Shown: positions 58,450 through 64,000 of the stretch, in pieces
How positions within the stretch are numbered: the first letter of the stretch is position 1
How the letters are laid out: every line of letters begins with the position of its first letter
Assembly (NCBI GenBank): GCA_965368245.1
Contig: CBDUMD010000003.1
Coordinates: forward strand, 16,735 to 80,734
Reading direction: 5' to 3'
Length of the DNA stretch: 64,000 bases
Source: an uncultured Thermoproteales archaeon
Lineage (GTDB): Archaea; Thermoproteota; Thermoprotei; Thermofilales; B20-G17
Notes under the pieces: model-generated
Seen by the model: the letters and a program-made list of their open reading frames with translations, nothing else
Database searches by the model: none
Told to the model about the DNA's origin: nothing
Translations under genes and position numbers: made by a program

Positions 58450-58562
58450 AACAGTAAACGTTTAGGTGATATTGTATTGAGACATAGGGCGCCTGAGGGA
58501 AAGTAAACAAAGCACATATATTATAGGAAGGTAATAGTAAGTACAGTGATTGTAAGAGGTGC

Positions 58563-59651
58563 ATGGTGACACCATTGATGTACAATAATCTACCTAAGAT
58601 TAGAAGAAGAGAATGGAAGATCATTGAAGCCGCGTCAACATCACGTACAGTGAGGGAAATCAGCAAAAAGACAAAAATATCGCCCTCAACCGTAAAAAAT
58701 ATCCTGGAAAGGCTTAGGGAAAAAGGGTCGTTACGATATGTTCCAAACTATCTTTATTTTGGCTTTATACCTCTTGCAGTTATATGCGACTTCGATGAAG
58801 AATTATCGAGGCTTCATATTACAGGCACCTTAGGGAGAAGGATTCTTTACGGCCTGGAAAAATACATTCTCTTCACCGCCCTTATTCCAGTGGTTTTTGT
58901 GGACGAATATACAAGGATGCTCGATGCCAAAAAGATAGTTGTAAAGGGAACAGAATACCTCAGATGGAGACCCGATTTAAGTCGAGAATTTTACAATCAG
59001 GAAAAGGAAGTTTTAGAACCATGCTTTAAAAAATGTTTTTCATTAATAGACTCTACCCCAAAAAACTATGGTAATCAGTATATTAAACCTGGTCCACCCC
59101 CAGATCATATAGATTTAGCGATACTCACCTTTAAGCTGGCGCGTGGACCCTTCATCAAGTTATCTGAGGTTATCCGTTTAGCGGCTTCCATCGATCCCAT
59201 ATTTGATAAAGCATATTCGAGACAGACATTAAGCTATCACTATAGGAAACATGTTATCCCGGGATGGAGGTACAATTCTTTTTCGGCCTATCTACCCTTA
59301 AAGAACGTTCCGATGAAAATACTGTACTTTAAAGGTAGAGAGGCTCCTCTTTTAGCAAGAGTACTTATCAGGTTACCCTATTTCTATAGTGCTTTCATAG
59401 ATGGTGATACTTCTTTAATCGCAGCGCAGATCCCCTGTTCGTTTGAAGAAGAGTTCTATAATTTTCTCTCTGTACTTGATGTAGACATGCCTTTAGGTGT
59501 TCTAATACAGTCAAGTAAGGATATAAATAGATTAATGCCCTTCCTATGGAAATTTGTTGGAATAAAAGATAATTATAGGTTCTGGCGGTGGCCGGAAATT
59601 CAAGTTAAAGAAGTTACTAGTAGACAGTACGATAAATCCCCTAAGTCCTAA
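58563..59651 (+). CDS. two-HTH putative transcription regulator, paralog 3 of 3
   Basis: REWKIIEAASTSRTVREISKKTKISPSTVKNILERLREKG then VPNYLYFGFIP. Second HTH IDLAILTFKLARGPFIKLSEVIRLA...RQTLSYHYRKHV. Confidence 0.65.
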   Translation: MVTPLMYNNLPKIRRREWKIIEAASTSRTVREISKKTKISPSTVKNILERLREKGSLRYVPNYLYFGFIPLAVICDFDEELSRLHITGTLGRRILYGLEKYILFTALIPVVFVDEYTRMLDAKKIVVKGTEYLRWRPDLSREFYNQEKEVLEPCFKKCFSLIDSTPKNYGNQYIKPGPPPDHIDLAILTFKLARGPFIKLSEVIRLAASIDPIFDKAYSRQTLSYHYRKHVIPGWRYNSFSAYLPLKNVPMKILYFKGREAPLLARVLIRLPYFYSAFIDGDTSLIAAQIPCSFEEEFYNFLSVLDVDMPLGVLIQSSKDINRLMPFLWKFVGIKDNYRFWRWPEIQVKEVTSRQYDKSPKS

Positions 59652-59775
59652 ATAGAATGCCTATGTTCATTCAAAAATATAGCTGAAAGATTTCTCGTGT
59701 AAAACCATGAAAACCTGATTACATAGTGTTACTGATTGTTTTTATTTATCCAATACATAGAGTTAGGGGGGTTGA

Positions 59776-60444
59776 ATGAAGCCTAAATTAAGGGGTGTAA
59801 CCGTCGAAAAGATTGCTAAACTATTGCTTGAAGAAGAGGGATTTACGGTAATTGAAGAAAGAAAACGGGTTAAAAGAAATAATATCGATGTGGCTGAAAT
59901 AGATCTACTAGCTGAGAAAAATGGTGAAGTTTATGCGGTGGAAGTTAAAGCTGGACGTGTTTCAGTCACTGATCTAAGGCAAGTTTATACTAATGCAAAA
60001 CTAGTGGAGGCAAGACCAATTATAATATGTCGAGGCTATGCCGATAAAGCCGCTGAAGAACTGGCTAAAGCTTTAAATGTAGAGGTATTGTTTTTATCGG
60101 ATTATCTTATTTTCTTAGAGCCCGAAGAATTGGTTAACATCGTCGAAAGAACTCTAACTAAACTTCTTATCCGAATATTAGAACCGCAATTACATGTATT
60201 TAACGAAGAAGAGTTTAAACTGCTCCAATCGATCGCATACTGTAAAGATTTTCCGGATTTAGTGAGGAAAACTGGTATAAGCGCCAGAGAACTCAGGGAA
60301 CTTATTAATTCACTTAAGTTAAAGGGATTTGAAAACGATCCAAAAAACTACGATATATTAAGGCTCCAAGCGCTAGTAGCCATGCTTTTAGGCTACAATA
60401 AGGGTCCTCATCCAGCTTCTGAGCTTGATCCCAAAGGTGATTGA
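59776..60444 (+). CDS. PD-(D/E)XK nuclease-fold protein (YraN/Hjc-like core) with C-terminal winged-helix region
   Basis: VEKIAKLLLEEEGFTVIE...VAEIDLLAEKNGEVYAVEVKAG gives the E...D...E-x-K arrangement. C-terminus: FKLLQSIAYCKDFPDLVRKTGISARELRELINSLKLKGF. Confidence 0.55.
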   Translation: MKPKLRGVTVEKIAKLLLEEEGFTVIEERKRVKRNNIDVAEIDLLAEKNGEVYAVEVKAGRVSVTDLRQVYTNAKLVEARPIIICRGYADKAAEELAKALNVEVLFLSDYLIFLEPEELVNIVERTLTKLLIRILEPQLHVFNEEEFKLLQSIAYCKDFPDLVRKTGISARELRELINSLKLKGFENDPKNYDILRLQALVAMLLGYNKGPHPASELDPKGD

Positions 60445-60445
60445 T

Positions 60446-61261
60446 ATGAGGGTACTTAAAAGAGAATTCAGTAGGTTTAGTTGCTTTATAATTGATTTAG
60501 ACGGGGTTGTATGGAAAGGTAACGAAATCATTCCGGGAGCAGTCGATGCCGTTAATGCACTTTTAAAGCTGGATAAAATTGTTATTTTCATGACAAACAA
60601 CTCTACACTTTCTAGAAAAAGTTACATAAAACGGCTTAAACAAATAGGGGTAAATGTTGACAGCGAGAAGCTGATTGTAGTGAATAGTGCTTATGCTACA
60701 GCATTATTTCTAAAGTCTAGGATAGGGATTAGCGAAGCATACGTGGTTGGTGAAGCTGGGCTAATAGAAGAGCTTGCTTTAAACGACATAAAGATCGTTA
60801 ACAACCGCTTTAAATGGGGCATGAAGGTAGACTGTGTCGTAGTAGGTTTAGATAGGGATTTAACCTACCTTAAGCTGGCGCAAGCCGTGGATGCGATCTA
60901 TCATGGCGCCCTATTTATTGCAACTAACGACGATAGCACGTTGCCCGCAGAGCATGGGCTTCTACCTGGAGCAGGATCAATAGTTGCAGCTATAAGTAGG
61001 GCTACCGGGAGGGATCCAGACTTCATTGTCGGTAAACCTCAAAGATTTATTTTTGAGCTTGCTTTAAGCAAGGCAGAGGTGAATCCAGAGGATACTATTG
61101 TTATAGGAGATCGCTTAGACACAGATATTAGAGGTGCAAGAAACATGGGTCTTTGTTCGGCACTAGTTTTAACAGGTGTGATCAACAACCCTAAACAGGT
61201 TGAGGATAGCTGTTTTAAACCCGATTTTATAATTAAAAGCCTTGCCGATGTTTTTAAGTAA
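60446..61261 (+). CDS. HAD-superfamily subfamily IIA hydrolase (NagD-like sugar phosphatase)
   Basis: FIIDLDGVVWKG (DxD), MTNNS, GKP and GDRLDTDI motifs. ATG 60446 follows the previous stop by 1 nt. Confidence 0.85.
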   Translation: MRVLKREFSRFSCFIIDLDGVVWKGNEIIPGAVDAVNALLKLDKIVIFMTNNSTLSRKSYIKRLKQIGVNVDSEKLIVVNSAYATALFLKSRIGISEAYVVGEAGLIEELALNDIKIVNNRFKWGMKVDCVVVGLDRDLTYLKLAQAVDAIYHGALFIATNDDSTLPAEHGLLPGAGSIVAAISRATGRDPDFIVGKPQRFIFELALSKAEVNPEDTIVIGDRLDTDIRGARNMGLCSALVLTGVINNPKQVEDSCFKPDFIIKSLADVFK

Positions 61262-61291
61262 CCATAAAGTAATTGGATTACTGAGGGAGGT

Positions 61292-62413
61292 GTGTTGGCA
61301 GAATACGATGTATACTGTAGCAATTGTGGTAAAACCTATGGTAAGGGCACGCTACTATGGCGGTGTGAATGCGGGAGCCCTCTTGACATCAAAATAAAAA
61401 CATATGGAAAGTTCAGCATCGAAAAGGAAAACTATAGCATGTGGCGTTACAAATCCCTTCTCCCCTCAATCAAGCCTGAAAACATTACAAGCTTGAAGGA
61501 GGGCTTTACACCCATAGTGGAAAGAAACGTCGCGGGAATAAAAATATGGTATAAGCTTGACTTCCTGAATCCCACAGGGTCGTTCAAGGATAGAGGAGCA
61601 AGCATGCTTGTATCATATCTTAGAGAACAGGGGATCAGGGAGGTTGTAGAGGATTCTTCTGGAAATGCAGGTGCAGCGTTATCGGCTTACTGCTCCGTGG
61701 CCGGAATCAAATGCAAGGTTTTTGTTCCCGCTTCAGCCCCCGAAGGTAAGATAAAACAGATCTCATCTTACGGCGCTGAAGTGATCCCCGTAGAAGGGTC
61801 CCGCGAGGATGTTAATAAAGCTGCATTGAAAGCTGCAAGAAAAAGTTACTATGCAGGGCATTTATGGAACCCCTTTTTCATAGAGGGGCTTAAAACCATA
61901 TCCTTTGAAGTGTACGAGATGACGGGAGGAAGGGTTCCTGATACAATTTTAGTGCCGGTTGGTAGTGGAGGGCTTCTTATAGGCATTTATAAAGGATTTA
62001 GGGAGCTAAAGGAGGCCGGATACCTAGACCATCTTCCTAGATTAATCGGAATACAAACTCCAAGATTCGCCAGGGTCTACGAGTTATTATACAATAAAAA
62101 GGTTAGATCAAAATCTGAAGCCATACTTGCCGACGGAATAGCAGTTCCGGATCCACCCAGAGCACATCAGGTTGCTAGAATCATAGAGGAAACCGAAGGG
62201 AAGATAATTCTCGTGTACAACGAGGAAATTGCTCAAGGGTTTAAAGAGCTGGCTAGAATGGGATTGTACGTAGAACCTACGTCAGCTACCGTACAAGCGG
62301 CTTTCAGGAAGCTTCTTTCAGAGAAGTTTATTAGTAGGGGAGAAGCTGTACTTGCACCGTTAACAGGTATTGGACTTAAGGCAACAGACAAGATTATTCG
62401 ATACATGGGTTGA
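61292..62413 (+). CDS. thrC: threonine synthase-like PLP enzyme with N-terminal zinc ribbon
   Basis: CSNCGK...CECGS ribbon, PLP-lysine motif LNPTGSFKDRGA and GNAGAA. GGAGGTG SD. Confidence 0.8.
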   Translation: MLAEYDVYCSNCGKTYGKGTLLWRCECGSPLDIKIKTYGKFSIEKENYSMWRYKSLLPSIKPENITSLKEGFTPIVERNVAGIKIWYKLDFLNPTGSFKDRGASMLVSYLREQGIREVVEDSSGNAGAALSAYCSVAGIKCKVFVPASAPEGKIKQISSYGAEVIPVEGSREDVNKAALKAARKSYYAGHLWNPFFIEGLKTISFEVYEMTGGRVPDTILVPVGSGGLLIGIYKGFRELKEAGYLDHLPRLIGIQTPRFARVYELLYNKKVRSKSEAILADGIAVPDPPRAHQVARIIEETEGKIILVYNEEIAQGFKELARMGLYVEPTSATVQAAFRKLLSEKFISRGEAVLAPLTGIGLKATDKIIRYMG

Positions 62414-62417
62414 GGAA

Positions 62418-64000
62418 ATGAGCTTAAATCGAAAAGCGATTTTAGGAGGCTTAGGGACGGGGAAGATCGAGTTAACGGAAGGCGGTAAACTAATTAACTT
62501 GACTATAAGAAACAATTGGTTTAAACCGCTTAAAAAACTAGCTGGATTTCATATAGCAGTACATGTTAAAAGTGAAAACTTCTCCCAAGGTTTTCTACTA
62601 GAAAAGGAAGCAACGGGTGTTGGCGTAGCAGATTTTAAGACATGTTACCCCTGGGTAGAGGCAAAATATATCTTAGAAAATTCACCTGTAAAAATAGAGT
62701 TACAGGCGTTTTCTCCCTTTATTCCCGGAGATGTTCTCAACTCCTCGATTCCAGCAATTCTATTCATTTTCAGAGTAAAAAATACTTTGAAAAGGAATGT
62801 ACATGTGGCTATCTCCATGGGGCTGGAAAACATTGTGGGATCTAGTAGAATAGGTAGGATAAATAAAGTATTCAAGAAGGTGGGGGCTCATGGAATATAC
62901 TTTTATTCGTCGAAAAGCACCGTCGAGGATCCGTTTCATGGCAATATGACCCTAGGAACTCTACCCGGAGAGACAACGATTCTAGGACAATATTTTTCAT
63001 CTACCCACAAGCAAGAGAACACAGAGCCTTGGCAAGAATTCTTAGCGACGGGAGTTATACCCTCAAATGAGGGAGGTGTAGAATTAAACGATCTAGCCCA
63101 TAATATTGGAGGAATATTGTCTGTACGGAGAAGGCTACGTGGAGGCAGTGAAACGGAGATTCCCTTTATTATTTCATGGTACTTTAATGGAAAGAGCCAT
63201 GAATATCCGTACGGACACTACTACGAAAACTTTTTTGCCAACTCATTTGATGTAGCAGAATATGTTTTAAGAAACATGAAGACATTAAGACATAAAACTA
63301 GAGAATTGTTTAAGGCAATTCAATCTTCCAACATTCCTCCCCACTTTAAAAAATTGTTAGCGAAAAGTTTACATGTTTACGCATCTAACACTTGGCTCAC
63401 CAAGGATGGACAACTTTTCTTCATCAGTAGACTAGGTTCAAATACAATTGTAGAGCTATTCGACTACAAGCTGTTCCGCTCTTTTCTGACACTTCACCTG
63501 TTTCCACAACTTGAAGTAAAGAACCTTACTTATATAGGTAGGCTGCAAAACATCGATGGAAGTATACCGGATAATCTAGGTGAATCTAGAATAGATTCAC
63601 CCAATATGGGGATTCGGGGTAAACCTGCTTTAGAGCATCCCTCTCTCTACATTCTTTCGATATATAATATCGTTAAATCATTAGGCGACCTAAGTATTTT
63701 AAAAAGGTTTTACAGGTCCATGGTAAAAGCTTATGAATGGCTTGTCGCCTCCGACATAAACGGTGACTGGCTTCCTGATCATAGGGGAGACGATTCATGC
63801 TTCTATAGAACAGTATATGGAGCGGTATCCTGTTCTTCCCTCCTCTATCTAGCCGCATTACTGGCTTTGAAGAAGACAGTTGAACTGGCCGGAGATAGGG
63901 AACAAACATCTTTTCTAGTTAAGAGAATTGACAAAACTGTGGAAAATATCAAAGGAATCTTACTGGCTAATGAGCGCTTCATACACTTCGTTTCAGAAAA
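62418..64000 (+). CDS. GH116-like (GBA2-type beta-glucosidase family) glycoside hydrolase, 5' part; runs off the right window edge
   Basis: Absent from the ORF track because there is no stop inside the window. ATG 62418 opens MSLNRKAILGGLGTGKIELTEGGKL... (GGxGTG N-terminal motif of GBA2/GH116 as I recall it). The frame is open through 64000 with host-like composition. Confidence 0.6.
   Translation, partial: MSLNRKAILGGLGTGKIELTEGGKLINLTIRNNWFKPLKKLAGFHIAVHVKSENFSQGFLLEKEATGVGVADFKTCYPWVEAKYILENSPVKIELQAFSPFIPGDVLNSSIPAILFIFRVKNTLKRNVHVAISMGLENIVGSSRIGRINKVFKKVGAHGIYFYSSKSTVEDPFHGNMTLGTLPGETTILGQYFSSTHKQENTEPWQEFLATGVIPSNEGGVELNDLAHNIGGILSVRRRLRGGSETEIPFIISWYFNGKSHEYPYGHYYENFFANSFDVAEYVLRNMKTLRHKTRELFKAIQSSNIPPHFKKLLAKSLHVYASNTWLTKDGQLFFISRLGSNTIVELFDYKLFRSFLTLHLFPQLEVKNLTYIGRLQNIDGSIPDNLGESRIDSPNMGIRGKPALEHPSLYILSIYNIVKSLGDLSILKRFYRSMVKAYEWLVASDINGDWLPDHRGDDSCFYRTVYGAVSCSSLLYLAALLALKKTVELAGDREQTSFLVKRIDKTVENIKGILLANERFIHFVSE

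Noticed and set aside
62642-62875. Small ORFs 62642-62845 (+) and 62645-62875 (-)
   Set aside because: They lie inside the long open GH116-like frame that starts at 62418, which the ORF track omitted because it has no stop in the window.
1-64000. CRISPR arrays, IS elements/transposases, integrases, rRNA or tRNA genes anywhere in the window
   Set aside because: I saw no regularly spaced direct repeats, no terminal inverted repeats around a transposase-like ORF and no tyrosine/serine recombinase motifs. I also found no GTTCRAATC-type T-arm sequence, even in the GC-rich islands.

Overview
AT-rich, very tightly packed chromosomal segment from a hyperthermophile-type archaeon, probably a crenarchaeote/TACK lineage. 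Support for this: K/E/I/R-rich proteins, AGA/AGG arginine codons, archaeal lipid genes (CarS, geranylgeranyl reductase, GGPP synthase, isopentenyl phosphate kinase), an ATP-dependent DNA ligase and nurA-herA-mre11-rad50. I call about 60 protein genes. Many are translationally coupled through ATGA/TGATG overlaps and GGAGGTG-like Shine-Dalgarno (SD) sites. I found no rRNA, tRNA, CRISPR array, IS element or integrase. Gene blocks, left to right: AnmK-like kinase (cut by the window edge), amidohydrolase, PhoU; DNA ligase convergent with an atypical AEP primase-like gene; NfnAB/SudBA-like oxidoreductase; a GC-rich vapBC island; an alpha-glucan cluster (2x GH57, GT4 plus an N-domain-only GT paralog, GT35 phosphorylase); a half-size SMC5/6-like ATPase with kleisin and kite genes; Lhr helicase; housekeeping genes (CarS, DHH phosphoesterase, NSUN m5C methyltransferase, YjbQ, Sua5, topoisomerase IA, PhoH-KH ATPase, macro domain, GGR, GDT1); a 1046-aa YprA/MrfA-like helicase; SPOUT/ITPase/GTPase/GGPPS genes; a decayed radical-SAM gene next to two GC-rich structured islands; IPK; a 33-aa hyper-acidic micro-ORF; nurA-herA-mre11-rad50; a PD-(D/E)XK nuclease-like gene; HAD; ThrC; and a GH116 gene cut by the right edge. 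The best candidate for an undescribed system is the hinge-less mini-SMC/kleisin/kite operon (19820-22888). Other points worth a second look: three paralogous two-HTH regulators that each sit beside DNA-transaction genes, two genes whose conserved N-termini lack any canonical start codon, the acidic micro-ORF upstream of nurA, and an unassigned structured RNA candidate of about 180 nt. All functional calls rest on motif recognition from memory, not database searches.
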